64,000 nucleotides of DNA from Eledone cirrhosa. Lineage: Eukaryota. Made by a program: the position numbers and the translations under genes. The notes under the pieces are model-generated. The model ran no database searches and was not told the DNA's origin. It saw only the letters and a list, made by a program, of their open reading frames with translations. The DNA lies in assembly GCA_964016885.1 (NCBI GenBank), contig OZ024742.1:244962001-245026000 (forward strand). Reading direction: 5' to 3'. Below, piece after piece: positions 37,913 through 51,701 of the stretch; positions within the stretch are counted from its first letter, which is position 1, and every line of letters starts with the position of its first letter.

Positions 37913-38545
37913 ATGAGTTCCATTCTCGGACCGAGTGATATATTGTGTCCTTGAGCAAGACACTTTATTTCACGTTGCTTCAGTTCACTCAGCTGTAGAA
38001 ATGAGTTACAGCGTCACTGGCGTTAAGCTGTATCGGCTATTGCCTTTCCTTTGGACAACATAGGTGGCTTGGAGAAAGGAAGCTGGTATTCATGGGCGAC
38101 TGCTGGTCTTCCACAAACAAACGTTGCTCAGGCTTGTGCTTCAGAGGGAAACTTTCTAGGTGCAAAACCATGATAATTCGTGACCGAGTGGGGCCTTAAA
38201 ATAAATAAAGTAAATAAATAAATATATATAATATACATATACACAAACAAAGGAACCTCGATTCCCGAACATTTCGTGTGACGAACGGCCTCCAGGAATG
38301 AATTAAGTTCGTGAGCCGAGGTTCCACTATATGTGTGTGTGTAATTATGGGTTTTATATCGAATAATAATATTCGATTCGTTTTCAAGCAAACAGCCCCA
38401 TTATGCTATATTCTGTTTTTGATGACCATCGTCATCCGTTTTTTTAATAAGAGCATCGAAGAACAGTCAACATGTTTCTGGGTTATTTCCCTTCATCTTC
38501 CCTGCTACTCGTTTCAACTGTTGAAACTACATAGTATTTTCTGAA

Positions 38546-38581
<36 letters not shown>

Positions 38582-38829
38582 ATATATATAAAGAGAGTGT
38601 GTGTGCGTGTGTGTGTATTTGAAAATATATAATACGTTTATATATAATAAACATATGGGTAGCCTCGCTGCCGAGGAAACATACTTTTTCGTAAAGAAAT
38701 GAAATGAAAAAAATTGTATTTTTCTCTATTATCCTCTGTGAATATATTACAGAGTTGCCAGTATGTTCTGAGAATGTCAGACAGCATTGTTTCAAGGTTT
38801 AATCTTTCATCAGTGACACTCATTCAAAA

Positions 38830-39150
38830 TGTACTGGCAGGAAATAGCCTATATAGAATTTTGCGTGATGATCAGATGCTTATTTCTATATAACAAATAG
38901 AAAACATCGGCTGGAAATGGTCATTTGCATGTAGTGTGAGCTTGGCCTGGTTATGTGTAATTGGCAGTCGCACTAAGACAGGGTTCGTCAGGTACTTATA
39001 AGAGGAATACTGTTTGCGGATGACACAGCAATGCCAGCGTACTCTGAGAAGCAAATACAGCAACTCATTGACAAACACTGGAGATCACCGGGAATTCAGC
39101 CTGACCATTAGCCTGAAGAAAACCAACGTGGGTTAACGTGTTAAGCATCC
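38830..39150 (+). mobile_element. RTE-like LINE RT fragment
   Basis: ..EILFADDTA motif, decayed. Confidence 0.55.
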
Positions 39151-39526
39151 CATACCATTACCATCAACTATAATATAATATATATATATAAATATAGTAA
39201 GAATAATAATGATTTCTTTATTGGCAGACCATTGGTGGATTGGCAGTATCGGTAGAGGGTCGGACGCCATGCTTTCCAGCACAGTTACGTCCCTTTACGG
39301 TCTGAGTTCAAATCCCGGCGAGGTTAACTTTGCCTTTCATCCTTACGGGGTCGATAAAATAAAGTACCAGTAATGTACTGGGTAATTGATGGCCTTGTGC
39401 CAAAAGTGGAAACAATTATATATATATATATATATATATATACTTGTGTAAAGGCGTGTGGCTGAGTGGTAAGAGAATTGGATTAACTCAAATATCGAGT
39501 TTTGAAACGCGAGTGTATTAGAATTC

Positions 39527-39824
39527 ATATAAAAATGGAAAAACTCGGCAGCAAGGAAGCTGCTAAAACAGCGAAATGCCGTCGAAACGACGTTGGGTAA
39601 AACATTACCTCGGAGGATAGAAATTAACGGCTCGAAGAATTGATAGGAAGGAAGAAATAGAATGGATGATAGGAGATCACAAACATTTAAATACATTCAT
39701 TCTATTTCTTCCTTCCTATCAATTCTTCGAGCCACTGATTTCTGTCCTACGAGGTAATGTTTTACTCAACGTCATTTCGACAGCAATTTGCTGTTTTGAC
39801 AGCTTCCTTGCGCCGGGTTTTTCC

Positions 39825-39834
<10 letters not shown>
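39527..39834. repeat. Older fold-back element next to TA tracts
   Basis: Arms 39527-39668 / 39694-39834, roughly 85-90% identical. Confidence 0.8.
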
Positions 39835-39871
<37 letters not shown>

Positions 39872-40439
39872 TTGAAAAAAATGAAAACGAAATTTCATTT
39901 CTCACTCTTAGTACGGCACTTACTTACAATATATATATATATGCATGCTGCTGTACGTCTGTATACATATATGTATGTACGTATACACACATACTTACAT
40001 TTATATATATATGTATATATGTGTGTGTGTGTGTATACAGTACTAATAATAATGAATACAAATACTGTTATTATATATATATATTGTAGAAAGAGAGAGA
40101 GTGAGAGAGAGAGAGAAAATGTAGCAAATTTAGAATAATGCATTACAAAATAATTATTAGAAAAAATATAAAAAATAATAATATACATGTTATTGAGGTG
40201 AATACTGTCATTTTCATATGTTATACAATGCCACTTAGATATCAAATCCATATATTGTTTATATCTATCAAATCAAAAGACACGGATTCCTTAGCCTCTG
40301 GAAGCTTTCTTTTATGCCGAAAAGTCAGCCAAAGTAAGTTTCAATATATATGCGTCTGAAACTAAAAATCTGATATTACTTTAATCTGAATATTTGAAAT
40401 ATCTGATGTTCATTGTACATTTATTTCCCCAACTTAATC

Positions 40440-40835
40440 CTCATTATCCGTCGGCTTCAACCGAAATGGACTCAACAATTGCTCTCCACGTGGGTCTGTC
40501 ATTCATTGCCGTTGCCGAGCTGGATTTCAATACCAGAATCTCTGGAGATGACATCGGGGTAGGAGAGCTTGCGCCCCCTGTTATTAGTGACTGCTTGTGG
40601 TTTCCAAAGCATTATTGGTGACACAGCCTCGTAGGAGGCACGATGGCAGTGACCAGCAAATCTTTTACGTTCAACGACAGATATGCGTGGGAGGCCGGCA
40701 TATATCTCTCTCAAAGGCAGATGTCGCCAGCTTGTTCTGAGTGCGTTGAAGCAGGCGAGTGTAAGTGCCATCAAGGTGCTTATCTTGTTTGGATGAAAGC
40801 GTTCATGTTTCACTTCCATATATCAAGATTGGTTG
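40440..40835 (-). mobile_element. RTE-like LINE 3' fragment
   Basis: SWRHL..IYAGLPRIS..RFAGHC..LWKP..RGR motif typical of RTE C-termini. Confidence 0.7.
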
Positions 40836-42182
40836 AATTGTTACTTGGAAGTGTCTGATCTTGGTATGGTTAATAGGTGTTTGGCAATTAACTATTAAAT
40901 ATTCATGTTATATGTAGAACCTATTTGACACGAGTACATTTTTTGGTATATAATTATTTGTTCATTATTTTTGTTTAGCTTCAGGTAAACCCTAATTGAG
41001 CAAAGACATTCTTATCGTGGCCATCCAGTATTTTGAGACAGTTTATCCCAAACTAGATTATTATATGTTTTATAGCTGGTAGAGTGGGATTTGAGAGAGA
41101 TTTAACTTATATTTTTAGCAGGACGAGCGACTTCATAAAGATTCCTTCATTAGTTCGTCCCAAATTGGGAGGTTTATTCGAAGTGAAAGAAAAAATAGTT
41201 TAGAAAACGTCAGACATTACTTTGTGTAGATAATACCTTGTTTCAGTTTCTATAACTTTATTACTGGGGTAAGCATATCTTCTGGTAGTTAATTCTATAC
41301 CGAGATCAGTTTTGAGGTAGAAGGTTAGACCAGGAAGTTTAGAAGAAATATTTGGAAAGGAAGACTAGAAGGGCAACATGGTAATGCAAGAGGAGCTTGA
41401 GAACCATAAAATAAAATGGTTAAGCCCATACATAAAGGAAAAATTAAACAAGAACAAGAAAAATTGTTTGATGAAGTCAAAAATATATATTTATAAGTAA
41501 CTGGGAGTTAAACATTTGATCCCCCGCTTTAAAGACAAAGAAGAAAAAACTATTTAAAATTATATTATAAAGATACCTTACAGTTATAAAGATACCTTAC
41601 ATTTTATGCATGTATAATAATTTATAATGTACCGTGAAGACAAGAGATTTTTAACGCTTATAGCAGGACCTTTCTTCGAAAATGTATTATATTTAATTTT
41701 GGTTATTCTCGGTTTCAATTTCAACTCTCATCGAGGGAAACTTTGCCTTTCTTTTCCTCGTAGTAGAATATGATACCCAGTACTATATTGGTATCAGTTA
41801 AAATGACTATATCGCTCTTTAAAATTTGTCCCAATCCAATCCAGGACCTTCTCACTTCTGTTGGAGGAACTCCTCCTTGGTTGATCTCCAGCAATTTCTG
41901 TTTGGTTTTGGTCATGTCAGGTGTGTAGCCGCACTGACCATGCTTTCCCATTTGTGAACTGCTGAGTCTATTTACTCCATAGTTGGGTGAAAATTTATCC
42001 CAGTGTCTAAATAATATTCACTAATACAGTATCAACCAACCCTCTTATTGTTTTCTTATTTTTGTTATTACCAAATTTGATACAGCAAACATTTTTTACG
42101 TGCTTATCTCAGCTGCCATTGTGTAGTCATAATTGAATTACTAAAATCGTTCCAGCTTAACAATCTCGTCTTTTTAGACATA

Positions 42183-42353
42183 CCGTATTTCCCGGCGCCG
42201 AAGACGCTTCGTCCTCGAGGACGCACTCTAATTTTGACTACCAAACATTTGAAAAACAAATAATAATAAACAACCTTCGGCTTCCAGGACCCATGGTAGA
42301 TTTTGAGACTTATTTTAGAAAAAATGTAGCGTCTTCGACGCCGAGAAATACGG
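42183..42353. mobile_element. MITE, Tc1/mariner-pogo type
   Basis: TIRs CCGTATTTCCCGGCG / CGCCGAGAAATACGG, TA on both sides. Confidence 0.85.
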
Positions 42354-43992
42354 TAGCTTTATCTCACACTACATTATTCAATGTCTCTCCTATTTTTAAA
42401 AATTCAAGGATGTAAATATGAGAGATTTGGCTTGCAATTTCTAGCATGTCGAGCGACCATGTATAGGCGTCACATTGGCTCATGATTAATTAGTTTAACA
42501 TAATTGCTTACCAAAAGGAAGAATACCAATGCCATAAAAACAAGGTGACTACTTCAAGCGGTGCCATAATTTATCCTGTGTTGGGCAATTAATTAATATT
42601 CTCAATATTCAATAGTTGGCACTGTTACCATGACATACGCTTAGTGGTTTGCAGACTATTTTTAGAATATGAAATCTTTGAGTCAGTCTACAAACTGATA
42701 CTTTTTCTCAAACCTGTGTGTCTAAGAATATTTCCTGATTTATCGGTTGTTCGCATACAAGCATATACATCACACACCGAAGTAGACAGTTACAAATGAA
42801 AATATTTCGGAGCAAGCTAGATTCCTGATAAATTCTTTATCAACTAATTTACAAATATTCTTTAAAACAATTCATCACTGTTTGTTTTTTCCAGTTCTTC
42901 CAGTCGTCAGTAGTGATGTTGCATCTATCTGAATTAATGTATCAAGATAACTAGAAACAATTACGATTTGAAATAAAACAAATCATTATTCAAGTTGTAC
43001 GGTTGTCTAAAAACAAAATACGAAATATGAAAGTGACTCAGGAAAAGTTGCTGAAGAAATATTTAATCAATTAAAATTATACCCGTAGCAAGGAGAACAA
43101 AAAATAATTAGCTTTAAAGATTAATTCTAGTCGAAAGTAAGGGAGACAACTCCAAAATCCAAATATATCCGTAGGTGCCACCACTGCAATCATGTAATCT
43201 TTAGTTTCAAATATATATATATATATATATATATATCCTTTCTCTTTTTGGCTAAGCTACCACATTTCTATCTCTTTCCTTTCAGTTGATGCACATTGGT
43301 TTGTACAATTTTTCGTCTTTATTTATGTAATTTGGCGAAAGGCGTAACTTTCTGCTTTGTTGTGCCCTAATGTGCTGTGGAATAGATAGTATCAACATTA
43401 ATGCTTCGAAATTATAGTGATTTCCAGAGGTTGACTGAAGAGAAGGGACTGTTCGTTTTTCCGTTGTTGCGCTCCATTTTTTTAAAATTCACACACACAC
43501 ACAGACACACACACAGACACACAGACAGTACATGGTAATCGATATGCTGTAAATGTGTATATAAATTTACACATTGAGTATATAACGATGTCAAATTTTA
43601 CATACTTACCTATAAATTCATTGAAGCGATAGTTCAGGTTTGTTGAACAACTGAAAGCAAATTTGTTATCCGTAGATTTTGTTTACCATTTTAATCAAAT
43701 ATGTTGGAGTATAATACAGTTTGAAATATCAGAACTGTACAATCATTAGCGAGAATTATTTCCAACAACTCGATCTTTCGTACACTGCGTCGAATTAACA
43801 AGTAGACGAAGCATGGCCGAATGGCTAAGTAGTTCGTATCACAATTAGTAGATTCTGGGTTCAATCCAACCGCGTTGTATGTTGAGCAAATGTGGGTCGA
43901 CCTTATATATATATATATATGCTTTAACATTATTTAAGGTATATTCACACACACACACACGCACGCACACACATATAAATGATTCAGTTATA

Positions 43993-44042
<50 letters not shown>

Positions 44043-44174
44043 GAATAGAACTAACCGAGACTATGTAAATATGTATATAAATTTACACATTATTATATAG
44101 ACACCCAAACATGGCAAATACGTATTACCTTGTAAATTGCTAAATTAAAAAAAATAAATATATATATATATATA

Positions 44175-44359
44175 CCGTATTTCCAGGCGTCGAAGACGCT
44201 ACTTTTTTTCCTAAATTAAGTCTAAAAAATCTACCATGCGTCCTGGAGGCCGAAGGTTGTATATTATTGTTTTTTCAAATTTTTGATTGTCAAATTTTTG
44301 ATTGTCAAAATTAGGGTGCGTCCTCGAGGACAAAGCATCTTCGGCGCCGGGAAATACGG
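44175..44359. mobile_element. MITE, second copy of the 42183 family in opposite orientation
   Basis: Same TIRs and internal sequence (reverse complement); inside a TA tract. Confidence 0.85.
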
Positions 44360-44365
44360 TATATA

Positions 44366-45170
44366 CCGTAAATCATGGTTACTTCGAATAATTTTCGTTA
44401 ATTTTGCATCTTTTATGCCGCATAGCTCAATTCTTTAATTGTTGGATGTTGCTAATATAGAGGTAATTCAAAGAAGCCCTACCGAATGCAACTTTTGTCA
44501 AAAAATTGTAAAAATATCTTAATTCGTTATATAGTTATTGACAGTAATGTTTAGTCTTCAAAGAAGCCCGACGTCGGGGCTACGTTGAAGACGAAACATA
44601 ACTATACATTACAGAGTAAAAGGTATACCTGTAATACATTTTATTGATATTTTAATTGAAGTAAGTATAAATTTCACAGAAATTATGTCAAAAAACAATA
44701 TTTAACTATACACACGACTAATGGAGTGATATATTATGTGATTACACTTCAACACTATTTTCAAGTGAAATATGAATTGAAAATTTATTCACAAAAGTCA
44801 CACAAGTAGTAGTCTTGGCTAAGTTGTAGTGAGTGCAAGCCTCATGGCACCAGTTTCTATATTTATGCCACTGGATCCAGTCTTCATTTGGAGTCTCAAT
44901 ATACGGTTCTTCACAAATAATACACATGTATTTCAACTTAACAGGTGTATTTTGAGCTTTGCACTTACCCTTGGTCTGATTCTTCATTGAGCCTACACGT
45001 GTGTCCCAGCAAATAAGTGAATTTTTCGGTTGTAAAATTGAATATTCGACAGGGATAGTGGATGTTCGGCCATATTTAACCCAGTAAATATATAAAAATT
45101 CGGCTATATATCATAAATAATTATAAACGCAGGACATTTTTAAACATACAAAGTAACCCCGATTTTGGCA
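44366..45170 (-). mobile_element. Deleted pogo/Tigger-like DNA transposon with C-terminal PHD-finger remnant
   Basis: Begins TA|CCGTAAATCATGGTTACTT; imperfect inverse AAGTAACCCCGATTT near 45150; ORF 44742-44987 CIICEEPY..WIQ..WCHEAC is PHD-like. Right boundary uncertain. Confidence 0.55.
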
Positions 45171-47049
45171 TGATTGACAAAAAGTCTGATTACACGGATT
45201 TTGTAGCTGAACCATATATCCAATTGAAATATAATTTACATAATCAATTAAAAACATATTAAGAATGTATCAGATATAAAAATATATACAAAACACACAT
45301 TTATTCCCTTTGATCAGACTGAAAGTTGATAGTCAATATTTCAGTGTCTGTGTGCCGCCCACATAATTTACATATTTTTACGAAGTTTAAAGTCATTTAA
45401 AGGAAATACTTTAAAAGAAAATTTAAATGATAATGAAAGTTTCGTTTTATCAAAACATATTTTCCAAAATAATAATATTTAAGAAACTATGATGAAATAA
45501 AGTAACGGCCAGTTTTTATATATATATATATATAGTGAAGAATAAGTATGCAAAATGGGTTTTTACAAATATTTATTCGAAAATTTTCCATTACAAATGT
45601 TTCGATGGGTTTGACGACTACGCAATGTGTTGGTTGGACTTCTGAACATTTATTATCCACCCTCTGGTTCTCTGCAGAATCTGGTGTGGCGAGATAGAGG
45701 AACTGATAACATCCAGTCTCACCTCTCTCAATATCAGCTCCCTTAGTTACAATAGCCTAACTGGTCATCTACCTGCATATAATATAGTATAATATATATA
45801 TATATATATAATGACCATACCTCCACAAAACAGGTATAATTATATTTCTGCTCTCTTCCCGATTGAGCACTGCTTTCCTTTTTTTCTTTTCGCATCTACG
45901 AATGTTACATAGATAGATAGATACACACACACATATTTGTGTGTGAGAGTAGTGTTGTGTGAGACTGTATATATAAATCTGACGCGCATTCATACAATAA
46001 CACGCGGAGACAAACAAAAGGCATAGCCTGATTCAACTTGGAAATACAATTGAAATAGAGAATATTTGATGTTCCATCTTTCTCTTTATAGTTGAGCAAA
46101 GCAGGGGTTAACTAACGGCCAACCTAGCTACTGAAGCTTAGGTAGACAGACTGTCCCTGTTTCAAAACCGAACAGAATAAGGGGTTGTTGTTGTCGTCGC
46201 CGCCGCTGCCGCTGGGCCGGACCGGGCTGGAAAAATGCCTAGCAGTGTTTATTGTTGGTCATTACTTTCTGAGTTCAAATTCCGTCGAGGTCAGCTTTGC
46301 CTTTCGTCAATCCTGAGTCGATAAAATAAAGTATGAGTCAAATTTAGTGTTCGATGTAATCGACTATAGCTGTCCACTCAAATTGTTAGTCTTCTGCCTT
46401 GAGTAAAAATGAGTAATGTACTGGGTAATTGCTGGCCTTGTGCCAAAAGTAGAAACTATTATTATTATTATTATTTCGGCGGTGAATTGGCAGTATCCGT
46501 AGAGGGTCTGACGCCATGCTTTCCAGCATAGAGTTACGTCCCTTTACGGTCTGAGTTCAAATCCCGTCGAGGCTAACTTTGCTTTTCATCCTTACGGGGT
46601 CGATAAAATAAAGTACCAGTAATGTACTGGGGTAATTTCTGGCCTTGTGCCAAAAGTAGAAACTATTATTGTCGTCGTCGTTGATGATGATGATCCTTCT
46701 CCTCCTCCTCCTCCTCATCATGGGTTAACTTTGCCTTTCATCCTTACGGGGTCGATATTCCATGTGGCAATTCGAACAAGGTCAAATTATGAGAGTGTTT
46801 GTATTTGTAGTAGGTTTTCATCATATTAGGTTTCATTGAGGATCCAAACTACAGTTTTATATGTATATGTCTATTGTTTTACAATCGTTTCAGAAGGTTG
46901 ATTGAGCATGATAAATTGATATAGTGACTAATAGATAGTAATGTAACTCCATATTATTAGTCTTGATATTATAGATCCATCTAACTGTCTTATATATAGG
47001 TTTTAGTAATACTATTTTCTATATGCAGTGCATATTTGTAAGTCGTTGG

Positions 47050-47350
47050 GGTTTGGGTTGTATGTTTTTAATTATTGCCAGACCTCATCTTATACAGGTT
47101 GTTTCTGTTTTCATACCCTTCATTCTCTTTCTAGATATTTATATTTGGATTTATTTTTGTTTATTTGAGAGATATATTGGGGTTGATATTTCAGTTAGAA
47201 TGTATTACTTTTCTTTGTGATTCTTGATCACAATATCTGAACGATTAGCCTTTGTCTCCCTATTTCTGTGTATTTACATATCAAAGATATGGTCACTTTG
47301 TCATTCTTTAAGACCTTTTATATTGTATGCTTATACCACAGTTTGTATGT
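47050..47350 (-). mobile_element. Degraded RLE-domain fragment of an R4/Dong-type LINE
   Basis: Minus strand reads KANRSDIVIKNHK followed by frameshifted ..SKY.. remnants. Confidence 0.55.
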
Positions 47351-47735
47351 GTCCGTTTACACTATGAGTTAAAAAACAGTGGAACTCAACTTTCCCTTTT
47401 GCCCTTCTGGGGTCGATAAAATAATTACTTGCCAAGTACCGAGGTTGATATAATCAACTCTTCTCTCTCACCAAAATTATGATGCCCACCCCCACCCCAT
47501 AAAAAAAACAACAACAAACAACAAGAACAAAAGAAAGAAAAAATCATTGCTATTGTTAGAGGGTCTGACAGAATATCTAGAGTTATTTGTTCCCGCTTTT
47601 TACGTTCTGAGTTCAAATCCTACATACGGAGCACAAAGTCTGAAACTGGTAGAGTATGATATCTGGAGGAGTTAGAAAAAGAACTGAAGTATATATATAT
47701 ATATAAATTATATAAAACACGCACTCATGCACGCG

Positions 47736-47778
<43 letters not shown>

Positions 47779-49059
47779 TTATGCGCTCACTCACACGCAC
47801 GCGCACACGCACACACACACTGTTATGCGCTCGCTCACACGCACGTACGCACACACGCAAATATAGCTACACAATAAGCGGCGTGTTAAGTCTAAAACTA
47901 TTGATATGTCTCGAGGCTCCAAAAATTCAATGTAAATGGGGGGTGAAATTATCTTGGAGAGAGAGAGAAAAGTGTATGAGTGTTTATACATCACTCGACT
48001 GTATAGGAGTGTTTTGTAAAGAAAAGAAAAAAAGAAAGCAAGAAGTGATGTTTGATGTGAATCGTCACGCCTCTTGTCATAGAATAGATGCTTGGAGAGA
48101 GAGAGAGAGAGACTCGGTTGGTATTGCTTTGTTAGTTGAATGTGAGTGCGTGAGTTAAGTTAGCAGACTAGCAAGCTAGTAGAAATACCTGTTATGGAGG
48201 TGACATTGTTTGATGGTAGAGACCCACGTGTATGATATCTGTGTGTATCTATGTGAAACAGTCATATATTATTAGTTTTAATTGACCAATGTACGCGCAG
48301 GCGCACATACATATATATACTATGAGTAAAACAAACTGATAGACATATAATGTAGCTGAATAAAGTCACGTACTCTTTTTATCAAGGAAGTAAAATAGAC
48401 TAAACGTAACAGAATGTTAAAGATTTAGTAATTTAATCATATAGACATCTGGTTTATAAAGTTAAATTAATTAATTCTCTGGAAATTAGTACACACGGTA
48501 GTACCCTGATATCACCTTGGTTATGATGGCTAAAAGATACTAAAGAAGGGCGAATACTTCAACCGGTGTCATTTCAAAACTAGCGTAAGCGATTCCGTGT
48601 TTCAAGTCTTGGTAGGTTTTCGTCTAAGTAGATCTCACTGTCATTTGTAAAGGAAAACGTGACATTCTTGTCTATATAAAAATCAGTATACATTGGAACC
48701 CATAGTTGATAGGGTGCTCCAAGCTGTTGTCTTTCTTCTGTTTGTGAAGGACCCATTTCTCAGAACTATGTTAAGAGTACACGTGTTAATTGAATGCTCA
48801 ACCACGGGTACGTTAATCTTACGAGCAGGTTGTTCAAGAACACTCGCTATTGTCGGAACCGACGGAGGTCCAAAGAAGAAAAAGAAAGATAGAATAGTGC
48901 ACATAACTCTCTTTCTCTCTGTCCTAGATTCTCTCTTATAGCCTCGGGAGGGGGGGGGGGGGTGTGAAATATATACACAAGGTCCGAACAGAAAAGAACC
49001 GAACTCTCACTGCCTTCGCCTCTCCGGCTCTCCCTATTTCTCACTATTATGAGTGAGCA

Positions 49060-49228
49060 AATGGGGGCCCCATGCCGTGGCCACCCTGCGGCTCCCAGTG
49101 GACAGAATGGAGAAGGCGTTTCTCTGGAGAATGGTGAGAGAGACGCGCCGGAAGAGCCATTCCAGCTCGCGAGGCTCACCACTGCGGGTAGTCAACTCTG
49201 TGCTGATGGTGGTGAGCAGGGAGACGTC
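49060..49228 (-). mobile_element. CRE-like LINE 3' fragment
   Basis: Reverse complement resembles 6600-6750. Confidence 0.7.
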
Positions 49229-49564
49229 TCTTTACTGGTTACAACAAAATAGCTTTTTAAAGTCTGAAAATAAGTCTGAAAATAAGTCTGAAAATAAGAC
49301 CAAGTACGTCAACCGTTCTGATAGATATGCTTGGAAATATCAAAACAAAAACTGCAAACATTTCAAGAACACAACCTTCATAAGAATAGAATTTTTGTTG
49401 TGGCAAAATCAGGATTACAGTTAAAGCATTCAATTCATGTTATGTTGTGTTATGTTATTTGTTATTAAATTAATTCCGTGTTCCCAATGGACTCCTCATT
49501 ATGCATTATTTCTACTTTTGGCACAAGACCAGCTATTACTCAAGTGCATTATTGGTGCTTTAAA

Positions 49565-49752
49565 GGGCGGTGGATTGGCAGTATCGGTAGAGGGTCGGAC
49601 GCCATGCTTTCCAGCATAGTTACGTCCCTTTACGATCTGAGTTCAAATCCCGCCGAGGTTGACTTTGCCTTTCATCCTTACGGGGTCGATAAAATAAAGT
49701 ACCAGTAATCCACTGGGTAATTGCTGGCCTTGTGCCTAAAGTAGAAACAATT
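49565..49752 (+). mobile_element. SINE family A inserted in an older SINE end
   Basis: ATTATTGGTGCTTTAAA duplicated on both flanks. Confidence 0.85.
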
Positions 49753-49891
49753 ATTGGTGCTTTAAATATTAATGCATTCGTATCATTAAACAATATTTTC
49801 TTTAACTTCCTACTTCTTTTTCCTTTTCTTTTTCTTTCTCCTTTTCTTTTTCCTTTTCTTTTTCCTTTTCTTTTTCCTTTTCTTTTTCTTC

Positions 49892-51265
49892 TTAGGGTCG
49901 TGGGGTCAGAGTCCTCAAACACTCCTTCCAGCAGGCCCTGTCAGAAACAACCGTCTCCAACTGATCTGGCTCGGTCTCCAAGTGACACCAGTCAAGCTCA
50001 TGGATGTTATCCAACCATCTTGCTCGGGGTCTACCCCCGGGTCTCCTGCCGGTTGGTTTTGCCCGTAAAATCTGTCCAGTGATTTTCCATGAGACATTCT
50101 AACCACATACCCATAGTATTGGAGCTACGATCTCTCAATTTGGAGAAGTAGCAGCTCTACTTGGAGTGACTCTCTGATCTCCGAACTACGCACTCTATTG
50201 AGTAACCTTACTCCAAAGACCATTCGGAAGAACCCCATTTCAGCCATTTGTATTCGAGATTGTATTATTTCGGTCATTACTCAAGATTCATGACCATATG
50301 TAAGAGTTAGCACGAATACCGACTTGAAGATAGCGAGTTTGGGTTTTACACTTACTTCCTTTCTTCTGTTTACCGAATGCTGAAGCTGGTGCATTACTGA
50401 ACCAGCTCCTGCAATTCTTGCACCTAATTCAGCCTCCTGCCTTCCATTACTCGTGAACACTGCCCCGAGACACTTGAACTCTCTACCTACATCAGTGGAA
50501 CTCCATTTACATGTAGATTGCACTGCGTAGGCTTCCTTGAGAGGACGAATGTCTCGGTTTTCGCAGCAATGATTTTCCTTCCAGCCGTGCTGTATTCGGC
50601 ATCAAACTTATCGAGTGCAAGTCGGAGATCATCTTCTGTCGAGTTTAGTAACACCACACCATGCCTTTTGCAAATTCCAGCCGACTGATTTTACACCCGC
50701 CAGTCATGATACAACTTCCAACCCGGCTGCGCATGTCAATCCTGTTCGTGTAAATAATGAGCAGAAGAGGTGACAGTACGCACCCTTGGCCGAGTCCGAC
50801 TCCCACAGCGAATTGTTTCGATTTAGCACTATTTATCCGAACATATACTTGGGTATAAAGACATCAGGGCAACAAGGAGCTGGCCATCGATACCATACTC
50901 CTGCAGAACCTTCCACAGCAGGCCCCAAGGAACGCGGCCATATGCCTTTTCAAGGTTGACAAAAGAAGAATATGCTTCTTGGCAATACTCTCACGATTTT
51001 TCACAGACCTGCCATAGTGTGAATATTTCGTCGCATCCAGAGCGAATACTGCACTGCTCATCAGCTAGTTTGGACTTTACAATCTCCCCGCATCTCTTTG
51101 CAAGGCATTTAGTATAGACTTTACTGGGAGGCTTAACAAGGAGATCCCTCTGTAATTGGAACAATCTCTTTTGTCTCCCCTTTTGAAGATTGGGATTATC
51201 ACTCGCGATTGCCTTTCCAGAGATCCAGGCCACCAGGCACACACGAGTCAGTCAGAGAATACCTA
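49892..51265 (-). mobile_element. Degraded RTE-like LINE (RT to 3' end)
   Basis: VGLGQGCVLSPLL, KAYG, FKCLG, LTYGHES motifs; same family as 27650-28975 and 5825-6060. Confidence 0.8.
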
Positions 51266-51637
51266 ACTTTATTAACAAATTAAATTAGTTTCTGTGTTAT
51301 TTTTAAGATTGTCAGAAGAGTAAGAACCTTGGAGAAAATATCTTCCGGTATATTCCGGCTTTTTACATTCTGAGTTCCAAGCCGCCGGTCAAGCTTTCCC
51401 GAGTCTATAAAATACCAGTCAAGAACTGGGTCGATTAAATTGATTAAACCCGCTCCACCAAATTTCTGGCCATGTACATATGTTAGAAACTGTTTTCTCC
51501 TTTATATCAATCACATTGGTATATTAACATTGTGTAGGCTAATCGATGAGACCAATATATAGTTTAAACTTAATTTCATTCGCTGTTCGAGTTGTGTAAA
51601 TAAAATAATGACTAATTTAGTAAATCGCGCGCGCGCG

Positions 51638-51701
<64 letters not shown>

